From Polyangiales bacterium (GTDB lineage Bacteria; Myxococcota_A; Polyangia; Polyangiales; Ga0077539): a DNA stretch of 64,000 nucleotides. Shown one piece after another: positions 38,005 through 47,177 of the stretch (the stretch's first letter is position 1; each line of letters opens with the position of its first letter). The notes under the pieces are model-generated. The model was not told where the DNA came from, searched no databases, and saw nothing but the letters and a program-made list of their open reading frames with translations. The DNA is taken from positions 256,001 through 320,000 of the forward strand of contig JBGARZ010000001.1 of assembly GCA_044229975.1 (NCBI GenBank), in the 5' to 3' direction. Made by a program: the position numbers and the translations under genes.

Positions 38005-40311
38005 ATGACCCCGATCGACCTGCTGATCCATCGCGCTCCGACCCGGTCCACCCGCAGCGAGCGTCTCGGCGGTGCGACCGCCGCCGACACCGTCGCGCTC
38101 AGCCTCGCGGAGGGCGCCCACCTCCTCGACCTCGACCTCGCCGGTCAGCGCTGCACCCTCGCTCAAGACGGCGAGAACGCCGCCTACCTCCTCCGCGACG
38201 TCGCCGCGGCGCTCGTCCCCGTCTTCGAGGGACGCGCCGCCAAGGCCCAGGTCGTCGCCCACGACACCCCTTGGGAGCTCTGCTTCGTCCCCGGCGACGC
38301 CGCCATCCTCGTCAGCGTCTTCCGCGGCGGCCCCGTCCCCGAAGTCCGCGCCCTCGACCGCGCCGTCGAGCCCACTGCGCTCCTCGCCGCCCTGCGCCGC
38401 GCCGCCGACGCGCTGCCCTTCCCCGCCGACGGCCTCGACGCCCTGCTCGACCGCCTCGACGCCGCCTCGCCGCATCACCTCGTGGCCCCCGCGCGCGGCC
38501 CCTCGATGATGCTCCAGTGGGCGAGCCGCGCGGGTGATCTCGGCGACGACGCCCTCTCGGTCACCTTCAACGCCCTCAGCCCCGGCGAGACCGCTGCGCG
38601 CCGCGAGAGCACCCAGTCCGACCTCCACGCGCTGCTCGTCCAGGGTCGCATCGGCATCAGCCTGCGCGGTCGTGGCGTCGAGCTCGCGCCGGGCTTCGTC
38701 GCCCTCCAGTTCGAGCGCCTCGTCGCGCTGTGTCGCCCGCTCCTCGAAGCGTGGGCCGCGCGTCGCCCGCTGCACCTCCGCATGCAGGTGTCCGACCTCT
38801 CGCTCGGCATCCGGCTCTCCACCGACGAGCGCCTCGCCCTCACCCTCACGCGCAACCCCGGCGGCTCCGTCACCCTGCCCGCGCTCGCCCCCGCGGCCTT
38901 CGTCGCCCCGGTGCTCGACGGCGCCCTCGCGCTCGCCGCCGCGCTCTCCCGCTGCGACCGCAGCCTCGCCCGCAACCTCCGCCTGCGCGCGCTCCGCAAC
39001 GAGGCCCGCGCCCTCCGCCGCTGGCTGCGCAACCTCGGCCGCAACGACCGCCGCACCAACCCCGACCCCACGCTCTACCAGGTGCCCGTCGAGGCCCCCG
39101 TCACGAGCGATGCGCTCGACCTGCGCGACGCCACGCGCCTCCGCTACTCGGTCCGCTGGCGCGCCGAGATCGAGGGCCTCGACCTCGCCGGAACCCTCCT
39201 CTGCGGCGACCGTCTCATCGTCCCCGGCGCGCGAGAGCTCCACGCCCTCGACCGCATGACCGGCGCGGCCGTCTGGTCGGTCCCGGTGCCGCGCGCGTCG
39301 ACCACGTTGGCAGGCGACGCCCTGCTCCGGCAGAGCCCCCGCGGCGAGGTCGAGCTGCGCGCAGCGTCGAGCGGCGAGGTGCTCTGGAGCACGCGCATCA
39401 CCCCCCGCGTCGGAACCCTCTGCCTCCCCCACGCCGTCACCGCGCCGGGCCTTCCCCGCCTCGTGGTCGTGGCCGAGGGCGAGCGCCGCCTCGTGGCCCT
39501 CGACCTGCGCACCGGCGAGCCCCGCTGGAGCTTCACCGCGCGCCACGCCGGAACCTTCCGCATGAAGCGCGCAGGTCGCCTGCTCGTGGTCGTGTCGGGC
39601 GACGCCACGGTCACGGCGCTCGACCTCGCGAGCGGCGAGGTGGTGTGGCGCTTCGGTGATCGCGTTCCGTTTCACACGACGCCGCTCTTGCACCGCGACC
39701 AGCTCTTCGCCGTCGCGGGCGAGGCCACGCGCGGGTCGGCCCGCCTCTACGCGCTCGACGCCTACGCGGGCGAGCCGCTGTGGTCGTGCGCCATCGACGC
39801 GAGCGTGTGCGCTCCGGCGTGCGTGACCAAGGACACCGTCGCCGTCCCGGTCGCGAGCCGCGAGGGCTTCTCCCTCGAAGGCCGCTCGGCCGCCGACGGA
39901 ACCGTCCTCTGGACCACCTCGCTCTCTGCCGTCCAGGGCTCCTCGTCGCGCCCCTCGGTGACGGCCTTCGACGACCTCTTCGTCGCCAACCTCCCGACGG
40001 GTCGCGTGCTCGCGGTCGACGCCGCCGACGGCTCCACCCGCTGGTCGCGCACCCTCCGCGCGCCCCTCGGCGACGACCTCCCGCGCCGCCTCGACGCCCA
40101 GCTCCGCGCGGGCGCCCTCTTCATCCCGCAGAGCGCGCTCGCGGTGCTGCGTCCACGCGACGGCGCCGTGCTCGCCGAGGTCGACGCCTGCGACCTCGTG
40201 CCCGACCTCGTGCGCGTCGACGAGCAGTGCGCCATCTACGTCGCCGAGGAGAGCGGCCACCTCGGCTGCTACGAGCCCGGCGCGCGCCTCCGGGTCATCC
40301 GCGCGGTCTGA
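38005..40311 (+). CDS. PQQ-like beta-propeller repeat protein with unknown N-terminal domain
   Basis: Repeated ALDxxTGxxxW blades (ALDRMTGAAVW, ALDLRTGEPRW, ALDLASGEVVW, ALDAYAGEPLW, AVDAADGSTRW); no signal peptide; alternative GTG start at 37912. Confidence 0.8.
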   Translation: MTPIDLLIHRAPTRSTRSERLGGATAADTVALSLAEGAHLLDLDLAGQRCTLAQDGENAAYLLRDVAAALVPVFEGRAAKAQVVAHDTPWELCFVPGDAAILVSVFRGGPVPEVRALDRAVEPTALLAALRRAADALPFPADGLDALLDRLDAASPHHLVAPARGPSMMLQWASRAGDLGDDALSVTFNALSPGETAARRESTQSDLHALLVQGRIGISLRGRGVELAPGFVALQFERLVALCRPLLEAWAARRPLHLRMQVSDLSLGIRLSTDERLALTLTRNPGGSVTLPALAPAAFVAPVLDGALALAAALSRCDRSLARNLRLRALRNEARALRRWLRNLGRNDRRTNPDPTLYQVPVEAPVTSDALDLRDATRLRYSVRWRAEIEGLDLAGTLLCGDRLIVPGARELHALDRMTGAAVWSVPVPRASTTLAGDALLRQSPRGEVELRAASSGEVLWSTRITPRVGTLCLPHAVTAPGLPRLVVVAEGERRLVALDLRTGEPRWSFTARHAGTFRMKRAGRLLVVVSGDATVTALDLASGEVVWRFGDRVPFHTTPLLHRDQLFAVAGEATRGSARLYALDAYAGEPLWSCAIDASVCAPACVTKDTVAVPVASREGFSLEGRSAADGTVLWTTSLSAVQGSSSRPSVTAFDDLFVANLPTGRVLAVDAADGSTRWSRTLRAPLGDDLPRRLDAQLRAGALFIPQSALAVLRPRDGAVLAEVDACDLVPDLVRVDEQCAIYVAEESGHLGCYEPGARLRVIRAV

Positions 40312-40318
40312 CCGACCG

Positions 40319-40807
40319 CTACGGCTCGGTGCACATCCAGTCGCGGCTCGTGCACTCCGTTCGGTTGTGGCAGCTGATGCAGCGGCTCACCCGGCCGTCT
40401 TCGAGCACCGCGCGGTCGCTCGCGCGCACCCGCTGCCAGTGCCAGTCGCCGTGCGCGGTGTCGTAGCCGGGCTCCTTCCGCATCACCGTCCACCCGATGA
40501 CCGTCGAGCACGAGCTGTCGGCGAACTCCTCCTTGATGACCAACGAGCCCGCCGGGAGCGTGCGCCCCTCGACCCGGTAGTTGGCCATCGCCTCGGGGCT
40601 CGCCACCACGCGGATGTTGCTGATCGACGGCGTCCCCGGGCCGTAGCTCGACGCATGCTCGATGGTGTTGCGACACCCGCGCACCTCGGGAAATCGTCGC
40701 GCGTAGTCCGTCGGAACGAGCGACGTCGCGGCGGGCGTTTCGTCCGGCCCGCACCCACCAGCGAGCACCACGAGCGAGAGGGCGACGGAGGCGACGACGC
40801 GGTTCAT
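40319..40807 (-). CDS. Cytochrome P460 / c'-beta family lipoprotein
   Basis: Lipobox AGGC; LPAGSLVIKE, VMRKEPGY...GDWHW, C-terminal CISCH...DW. Confidence 0.82.
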   Translation of the reverse strand: MNRVVASVALSLVVLAGGCGPDETPAATSLVPTDYARRFPEVRGCRNTIEHASSYGPGTPSISNIRVVASPEAMANYRVEGRTLPAGSLVIKEEFADSSCSTVIGWTVMRKEPGYDTAHGDWHWQRVRASDRAVLEDGRVSRCISCHNRTECTSRDWMCTEP

Positions 40808-40826
40808 CGCCCGCCATCGTAGCGCC

Positions 40827-42479
40827 TCAGCGTCGTCGAGAAACCCTGCGGCGCCGCGTCCCCAGCGCGACGAGCGCCAGCATCGACCACCCCGCCGACG
40901 CGCCTCCCGTTGTCGGCGCCGCGCGACAGCTCCCGTACAGCGTGCGGTCACCCTCGCCCGCGTCGCCCTCCACCACATCCTCCTTCGCCGTCCCCGCGTC
41001 CCCTGGCTCGCGACCGACGTCTTCCACCACTGCGACGTCCTCGACCGCCACCATCCCCGCGTCGCGCTCCATCGTCCCGACATCCACCAGCGCCGTCGTC
41101 CCCGCGTCGCGCGTCGCCATCCCCGCATCCACGGGCACCGCCGTCCCCGCGTCCACCGGGCACGCCACGACGTGAAACGACAACCACAGCTCCGGCCCGA
41201 ACCACTGCCGCAGCTCATCGACCAGTTGCCATCGCGTGCGCACCACCCCCGGCGTCGCGGGCGCCCTCCCCTCCATCCGAAACACCGTCCGCCGACACCC
41301 GTCGCGGTCGTTGCAGTCCGCGCCCGCGGGCGTGCCCATCGCCGATCGCACCACGTGGCTCGACGCCCGGTTGATGGACACCCGCCCCTCGCCCGTCAGC
41401 GGGTCGCCCGTGTCGTGCGGAACCGTCCCCAGCCGCACCGCGCCACCCGCCACCGCACCCGGCGTCGCAGAGTCCGTCCACGCCGCGGTGCCGACGTTCT
41501 CCACCTCGAAGGAGAAGCGCACCGCCTGCCCCGCGCACACGTGAAACTGCGCGCCGCTGTCGTCGGTCTCGGGCGCCGCGTCGCTGCCCTGGTTGACGAA
41601 GCGCGCATCGAGCGTGGGCTGCACGCGGGCCAGCGCGCGCAGGTCGTCGAGGGTTCCGTCGAAGACGTCCATGTCGACGGCCGACGAGCCGAAGGTTCCC
41701 GCTCCGCCGAGCGTCGACGCGATGGTGTTGTCGCCCGCGTACTGCCAGAACGTGTACCGCGGCCAGTGGTTGCTCACGTACCGCGCACACCCGCCGTTGG
41801 GCACCGGATCGGCCCACGATCGCCGCGTGCTGTAGTTGGGGTACTCCGCGTGGAAGAGCGGCAGCGACGCCCACTCCGACGACTGCACCCACGAGTCCCA
41901 GTAGTAGCCGCCCGTATAGATGATCGGGTCGCGACCGAGGCGCGCTCGCGCGGTGTCGATCCACTCGCGCAGCCGCGCCTGGTAGACGGCGGGCGTGACC
42001 GACGGGCGGTCGTTGGTGCCGTCGCCGTTGGAGTCGACGTTGGTGTACTCGACGTCGAGCATCGGCGGCAGATCGCCGGGCCCGAAGCCCCGCGCCTGGA
42101 GCTGGTCGAGGAAGAAGCTGGCCTGCGCCGTCCCGCTCTGCGTGGCGTTGAAATAGTGGTACGCGCCGCGCAGCACCCCGGCGCTCTGCGCGCCCGACCA
42201 GTTCTCGGCGAAGCGCGTGTCGAGGCTCATCCCATTGGACAGGCGGATGATCGCGAAGCGCACGCCCGCGCCCGGCAGGCGCGCCCACTGGATGGTCCCC
42301 TGCCACTGCGACACGTCGATGCCGCGCACCTCCGTGCGCGCCGCGCAGGACATGTGGATCGCCTCCACGGTCTGCCCGACACCCTCGGACGAGTCACCGC
42401 CGAGACAGCCCGGCGCCGCGGCCAGCGCGATCAGCCACCATGCGCGTCGCGGACCGCGGAGACGATCGTCGGCCCTCAT
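40827..42479 (-). CDS. GH25 lysozyme with Ig-like domain and MYXO-CTERM-like anchor
   Basis: GIDVSQWQG, GAYHYF, PPMLDVE, IIYTG, FWQY, VDMDVFDG; Ig-like FEVENVGTAAW...WQLV...WFG; DAG-repeat linker; GSCRAAP + TM + RRRR tail. Confidence 0.88.
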   Translation of the reverse strand: MRADDRLRGPRRAWWLIALAAAPGCLGGDSSEGVGQTVEAIHMSCAARTEVRGIDVSQWQGTIQWARLPGAGVRFAIIRLSNGMSLDTRFAENWSGAQSAGVLRGAYHYFNATQSGTAQASFFLDQLQARGFGPGDLPPMLDVEYTNVDSNGDGTNDRPSVTPAVYQARLREWIDTARARLGRDPIIYTGGYYWDSWVQSSEWASLPLFHAEYPNYSTRRSWADPVPNGGCARYVSNHWPRYTFWQYAGDNTIASTLGGAGTFGSSAVDMDVFDGTLDDLRALARVQPTLDARFVNQGSDAAPETDDSGAQFHVCAGQAVRFSFEVENVGTAAWTDSATPGAVAGGAVRLGTVPHDTGDPLTGEGRVSINRASSHVVRSAMGTPAGADCNDRDGCRRTVFRMEGRAPATPGVVRTRWQLVDELRQWFGPELWLSFHVVACPVDAGTAVPVDAGMATRDAGTTALVDVGTMERDAGMVAVEDVAVVEDVGREPGDAGTAKEDVVEGDAGEGDRTLYGSCRAAPTTGGASAGWSMLALVALGTRRRRVSRRR

Positions 42480-42524
42480 GACGACCGAGCGTCCCGACCC
42501 ACGGGGTGGGTGTCAAGGCGGGCG

Positions 42525-43976
42525 CTACTCGAGCTCGTTCTCGATGTGGATGGGATCGAGGGTGATGGTGCCGTCGCGGCCGACGTGGCCGGTGATGGAG
42601 TAGGTCGAGAGCGTTCCGTCGCCGTCGAGGTCGCCCTGCGCGCGCGCCGTGAAGGTCGTCCGCCCGTCGCTCTGCACGTCGTAGACGTAGCGGTGCGGCG
42701 CGTCGAGGTGGAACCCGAGCGCGCGCCACGGGACGGCGTCCCAGGTGCCGGCCGGGTCGGCGCGGGGCGACTCCGACGGCGCGAGCGGCGGGGTGCGCGG
42801 GATCGCCCCGATGAGGCGGCGACGGGGGCGCGGCTGGGCGTTCCAGTGGGCGACGATCGCATCGGCGATGCGCGGAACGTTGGTGGTGGCCTCGGTCGCC
42901 TGCGAGCGGTGGGTGTAGCGGGTGAAGGCAGGCGCCGCCGCGCCCGCGAGGGCGCCGAGGATGGCCGACGCGCTCATCGCATCGAAGTGCGACTCGTAGA
43001 CGAGGTCGGACCCCACCACCCGCGGCTGGAGCATCGACTCGACGAGCCGGGTGTACGCGCGCGACATGGCAGCGAGCATCTGGTCGCGGTGGGGGTGATC
43101 GGCGAACTCGTGCTCCAGCGCGCGCAGGACCATGCTGGGGAGCCCCCGTTCATTGAGGGCGCGCTGCGTGTCGAGGGCCTGCTGCGCGGCGACGGGCGTC
43201 GCGAAGTGGGTGGTCCAGCGGAGCAGGCTGCGGTCGGCGGACGCGTCGGCCACCTCGACGCGGAGCGATCGCGCCGAGAGGAGCTGCGGGCTGAGCTCCG
43301 CCAGCGGAAACTCACGGTCTTGAAACACCCCCGGAGAGCGCTCGCGCAGGGACGCGAGGTCGACCAGCAGCGTCGCGTGCGAGTCGCGCAGCGACGGGGT
43401 CATCCCCGCGAAGGGGGCGGACTCGCGCATCGAGGCGGAGCGCCCCAGCACCGTGGCCTCGACGTGCGTGAGAGCGCCCGGTGAGCCCGCGAGGACGAAG
43501 GTCGTCCCGCTCGGCGACGCGGCGGTTCGCGGAGTCGACGACGCCAGGCGCATCAAGGCCGCCGCGCAGGCGGCCCCGGTGGGGTCGGCGATGGGACCCG
43601 CCGCCAGCAACGCGGCCCCGGTGGGGTCGCGGGCGTCTTCGAAGGGGCCGACGGCGAGCGAGAGCTCCCGAACGGTGTCCCAGAGCTGCTCACCGCAGGC
43701 CGCGCGCACCGGGTCGAGCGCGGCGTGCCAGATGACGATCGGCCACAGCAGTTGGAGGACCTCCGAGCGCATGAGCGCCGCGACGTCCAGGCGCACCGCG
43801 ACGAGCGAGTCCGCGGGCACGCGCGCCCGCAGCGGATCGTCCTCCGTGGTGGGCAACGGCACCGTCGCCGCCGCAACCGTGGAGGCGACGGGGCTCGGGC
43901 AACGCTGCGGGGCGCCGCTGGTGGCGCAGGCGGTGAAGCAGGCCGCGGCGAAGAGGGAGGCGAGAGGTCGGGTCAA
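42525..43976 (-). CDS. Putative lipoprotein with C-terminal type IV pilin-like domain
   Basis: Lipobox FTAC; C-terminal AILGALAGAAAPAFTRYTHRSQATEATTNV...WRALGF...RYVY...FTARAQGDLDGDG. Confidence 0.7.
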   Translation of the reverse strand: MTRPLASLFAAACFTACATSGAPQRCPSPVASTVAAATVPLPTTEDDPLRARVPADSLVAVRLDVAALMRSEVLQLLWPIVIWHAALDPVRAACGEQLWDTVRELSLAVGPFEDARDPTGAALLAAGPIADPTGAACAAALMRLASSTPRTAASPSGTTFVLAGSPGALTHVEATVLGRSASMRESAPFAGMTPSLRDSHATLLVDLASLRERSPGVFQDREFPLAELSPQLLSARSLRVEVADASADRSLLRWTTHFATPVAAQQALDTQRALNERGLPSMVLRALEHEFADHPHRDQMLAAMSRAYTRLVESMLQPRVVGSDLVYESHFDAMSASAILGALAGAAAPAFTRYTHRSQATEATTNVPRIADAIVAHWNAQPRPRRRLIGAIPRTPPLAPSESPRADPAGTWDAVPWRALGFHLDAPHRYVYDVQSDGRTTFTARAQGDLDGDGTLSTYSITGHVGRDGTITLDPIHIENELE

Positions 43977-44098
43977 GGGAGTGGTCTCCGGGGACGTCGA
44001 GAGAAGCCCTGGACGCTACCCAACCGAAGGCCCCCATGGTGAGTTCGTTGCTCGCAGATTTTCGATGGTGTCCAATCGCACGCTGGACGGAGAAGTCG

Positions 44099-47000
44099 AT
44101 GACGCGATCACGGGGGAGTGTCGGGGGTTTCGGGTGGGTGGCGCTTCTCGCGGTCGCGTGCGTAGGCGGCGCAGCGCGGCGGCCGACGACGGGCGCGCTC
44201 TCCCCGGCGGAGCAGTTGCAAGCCTGGGAGCGCGGGTGCGCCGTCGGCGAGTCGGGCGACTGCCTGGCGCTCGGCGTGGCATACGCCGAGGGCGAAGGCG
44301 TGCGGGAGGACATGACCCGCGCGACGGCCCTCTTCCGCCGCGGCTGCGAGAGCGGAAACCTGCGGGCGTGCGCGCGGCTGGGGTCGATGTTCCAGGCGGG
44401 GCTCGTGGGCGGCGCGCGCGACGCGGCGATGGCGGAGACGCTGTACCGACGGGCGTGCGACGGCGGCGACACCTGGGGCTGCACCAACCTCGGGGCGATG
44501 CTGGTCGAGGGCGAAGACGTCCCGCGCGACCTCGTGCGCGGCTTCGCGCTCTACGAGCGGGCCTGCGACGGCGGTGACGGCGTCGCGTGCTCCAACCTCG
44601 CCAACAACTACCAGTCCGGGGAGGTCGTCGTGCGCGACGAGGCGCGGGCCCTCGGGTATTTCGAGCGGGCCTGCGCGGGCGACGGGTACGCGTCGTGTCG
44701 ATCGCTCGGGTGGCAGCACCTCGAAGGCCGCGGCATGACCGTCAACGTGCGCCGCGGCGTCGAGCTGCTGGAGCGCGCGTGCAGCCACGCCGTGCCCGAA
44801 GCCTGCACCGACCTCGGGTCGCTCTACCTCGACGGCCGCGTCGTCCCGCGCGACGAGGCCCTCGCGCGCCGATGGCTCCAGCGACGATGCGAGGTCGACC
44901 GCGCCAGCACCTGCGACGCGGCCGACCAGGTGCAGCGCGACGCCGAGGCGTTCGCCACCGCGCGCCAGCAGTGCGACGCCGGCCCGGCGACGGCGTGCGT
45001 GGCGCTCGGCATCGCGTACGTCCGCGGCGCGGGTACGGTCGTCGACGTGGCGCGGGCCGCCGAGATCCTCACGCGGGCCTGCGACGCGGGCGCGGTGGAG
45101 GCCTGCTCCGTACGAGCGGCGGCGCTCCACGACTCCGAAGCGCCCGGCGACCGCGCGACCGCGGTGCGCCTCTTCCAGCGGGCCTGCGACGGGGGTTGGA
45201 TCCCGGCCTGCAACGACCTCGGCGCGATGTACGACGCGGGCCGCGGCGTGCCGCGCGACTGGGTCCGCGCGATCGAGCTCTACCGCCACGTGTGCGACCG
45301 GGACGACGGCGCCGGGTGCGGCAACCTCGCGATCCATCTGGAGTCGGGCGAAGGCATCGCGCGCGACGACACGCAGGCCGCGCAGCTCCATCAGCGGGCC
45401 TGCCGGCTGGGGCAGTCGATCTCCTGCGCGCACCTCGGGCACATGCTCTTCGACGGCCGCGGCGTCACGCGCGACCTCGCGCAGGGCGTGCAGATGCTGG
45501 TGCGCGCGTGCGAGCTCGGGCACACCGCGACGTGCGATGGCCTCCGCGCGGTCACCGCCTCCCGCGCCTCGGCCGAGCGGGCCGCGCGCGCCTGCGAACG
45601 TCACGAGGCCCGCGGCTGCTACGACCTGGCGCAGCACCTCAGCGAGGGGCGCGGCATCGATCGCAACCCGGCGCGCGCGGCGGCGATGTTCCTGGTGGCC
45701 TGCGACGGGCGCTACCTCGCGGGCTGCAACGCGCTCGCGCGGATGTACCTGAGCGCGGAGGGCGTCGCGCGCGACTACGCAGGCGCGGCGGTGCTCGCGG
45801 GTCGCGCCTGCGACGGCGGGCACGCGCCGGCGTGCAGCACCCTGGGATGGATCCACTCGCGCGGGTACGGCGTGCCGCGCGACGAGGCGCGGGCGGCGAC
45901 GCTCTTTCGTCGGGCGTGCGACGGGCGCGACGCCGCGGGCTGCGAGGTGCTCGGGTGGATGTCGTCGCAGGGGCGCGGGATGCCGCGCGACGTCGTGCAG
46001 GCGACACGCTTCTACGGGCGGGCCTGCGAGCTGGGACACCGCGGGGGCTGCCTCTACCTGGGCTGGGCCTACGAGGTGGCGAGCGGCGTCGAGCGTGACG
46101 CCGCCCGTGCCGCGTCGCTCTACCGCCGCTCGTGTGAGGCGGGCGAAGCCGAGGCGTGCCGTCGCCTGGGCGGGTGCCTCGCGACCGGCTACGGGGTCGC
46201 GCAAAACGTCGCCGAGGCCCTGCGGCGCTACGAGCAGGCGTGTCGCGGCGGCGACGACGAAGGCTGCGTGAGCTGGGGCCTGTCGCTCGCCGTGGGCTTC
46301 GGCGGGCTGGAAGACCCGGCGCAGGCGATCGACCTGATGGGCGGCGCGTGCGACCGGGGAAACGCGGGCGCGTGCTTCAACACGGCCTCGCTCCTGGCGG
46401 GCGGGCGCGGCGCGGCGCGCGACGTCGCGAGGGCCGACGCGCGGTGGGCGCAGGCGGCGACCATCTACCGGCGCGAGTGCGACGGGGGCAACCGCGGCGC
46501 GAGCTGCGGCGAGCTGGGCAACATGCTTCGCCTCGGGCTGGGCGTCGATCGCGACGCGGCGCAGGCGCGAGACCTCCTCACGCGCGCCTGCACCACGCAT
46601 CCTGGGTACTGCATCGACCTCGCGGCGTCTCCCGCGGGCCAGCGAGACCCGCGGGCCGCGGGTTGGTTCGAGCGGGCGTGCGAGCAGAACGTCGCCGAAG
46701 GCTGCGTGCGCTTCGCCGAGCTGCTGGAGTCGGGCGTCGGGGTGACCCGTGACGCCGCGCGCGCCGTCGCCCTACGGCAGCGCGCCATCGAGATGCTGGA
46801 GGGCTCGCTGGAGACCTCCTTCGACGGCCACGTCGGGCTGGTGCTCGGTCGGCTGTACCTCGCCGGTCGCGGCGTCGCGCAGAACCCCACGCGCGCCGCG
46901 CTCGTGCTGCAAGGCGGGTGCGACCGCGGGTTGGGGGAGGCCTGCGGCGAGCTGTCACGGCTCTATGGCAGCGGCCTCGGCGTGACCCGCGACGCGGCGC

Positions 47001-47170
47001 GTGCGGCTTCGCTGCGAGCGGCGGCGTGTGCGTTGGGAGAGCTTCGGATGTGCCCGGCCGGGAGGCGGCCGAGGCCCGCGCGACCGACCACGACTCCGGC
47101 CCCGGCGGCGCCCCCGCGCGAGACCCCCGTGCTGGAGGTCCCGCTGCCCTGGGACGGCGCCATGACCTGA
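44099..47170 (+). CDS. Large Cys-rich Sel1-like repeat (Hcp-type) secreted protein
   Basis: Signal/lipobox AVAC; roughly 20 or more ~36-aa repeats of the form ACxxGxxxxCxxLGxxYxxGxGVxRDxxRA. Confidence 0.9.
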   Translation: MTRSRGSVGGFGWVALLAVACVGGAARRPTTGALSPAEQLQAWERGCAVGESGDCLALGVAYAEGEGVREDMTRATALFRRGCESGNLRACARLGSMFQAGLVGGARDAAMAETLYRRACDGGDTWGCTNLGAMLVEGEDVPRDLVRGFALYERACDGGDGVACSNLANNYQSGEVVVRDEARALGYFERACAGDGYASCRSLGWQHLEGRGMTVNVRRGVELLERACSHAVPEACTDLGSLYLDGRVVPRDEALARRWLQRRCEVDRASTCDAADQVQRDAEAFATARQQCDAGPATACVALGIAYVRGAGTVVDVARAAEILTRACDAGAVEACSVRAAALHDSEAPGDRATAVRLFQRACDGGWIPACNDLGAMYDAGRGVPRDWVRAIELYRHVCDRDDGAGCGNLAIHLESGEGIARDDTQAAQLHQRACRLGQSISCAHLGHMLFDGRGVTRDLAQGVQMLVRACELGHTATCDGLRAVTASRASAERAARACERHEARGCYDLAQHLSEGRGIDRNPARAAAMFLVACDGRYLAGCNALARMYLSAEGVARDYAGAAVLAGRACDGGHAPACSTLGWIHSRGYGVPRDEARAATLFRRACDGRDAAGCEVLGWMSSQGRGMPRDVVQATRFYGRACELGHRGGCLYLGWAYEVASGVERDAARAASLYRRSCEAGEAEACRRLGGCLATGYGVAQNVAEALRRYEQACRGGDDEGCVSWGLSLAVGFGGLEDPAQAIDLMGGACDRGNAGACFNTASLLAGGRGAARDVARADARWAQAATIYRRECDGGNRGASCGELGNMLRLGLGVDRDAAQARDLLTRACTTHPGYCIDLAASPAGQRDPRAAGWFERACEQNVAEGCVRFAELLESGVGVTRDAARAVALRQRAIEMLEGSLETSFDGHVGLVLGRLYLAGRGVAQNPTRAALVLQGGCDRGLGEACGELSRLYGSGLGVTRDAARAASLRAAACALGELRMCPAGRRPRPARPTTTPAPAAPPRETPVLEVPLPWDGAMT

Positions 47171-47177
47171 GGCGCGA

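Noticed and set aside
44099..47170. Cys-rich Sel1 and Cys-repeat proteins as multiheme cytochromes
   Set aside because: Cys spacing is ACxxGxxxxC or CGxCG, not CxxCH; convincing heme motifs occur only in 29587-31491 and 40319-40807.
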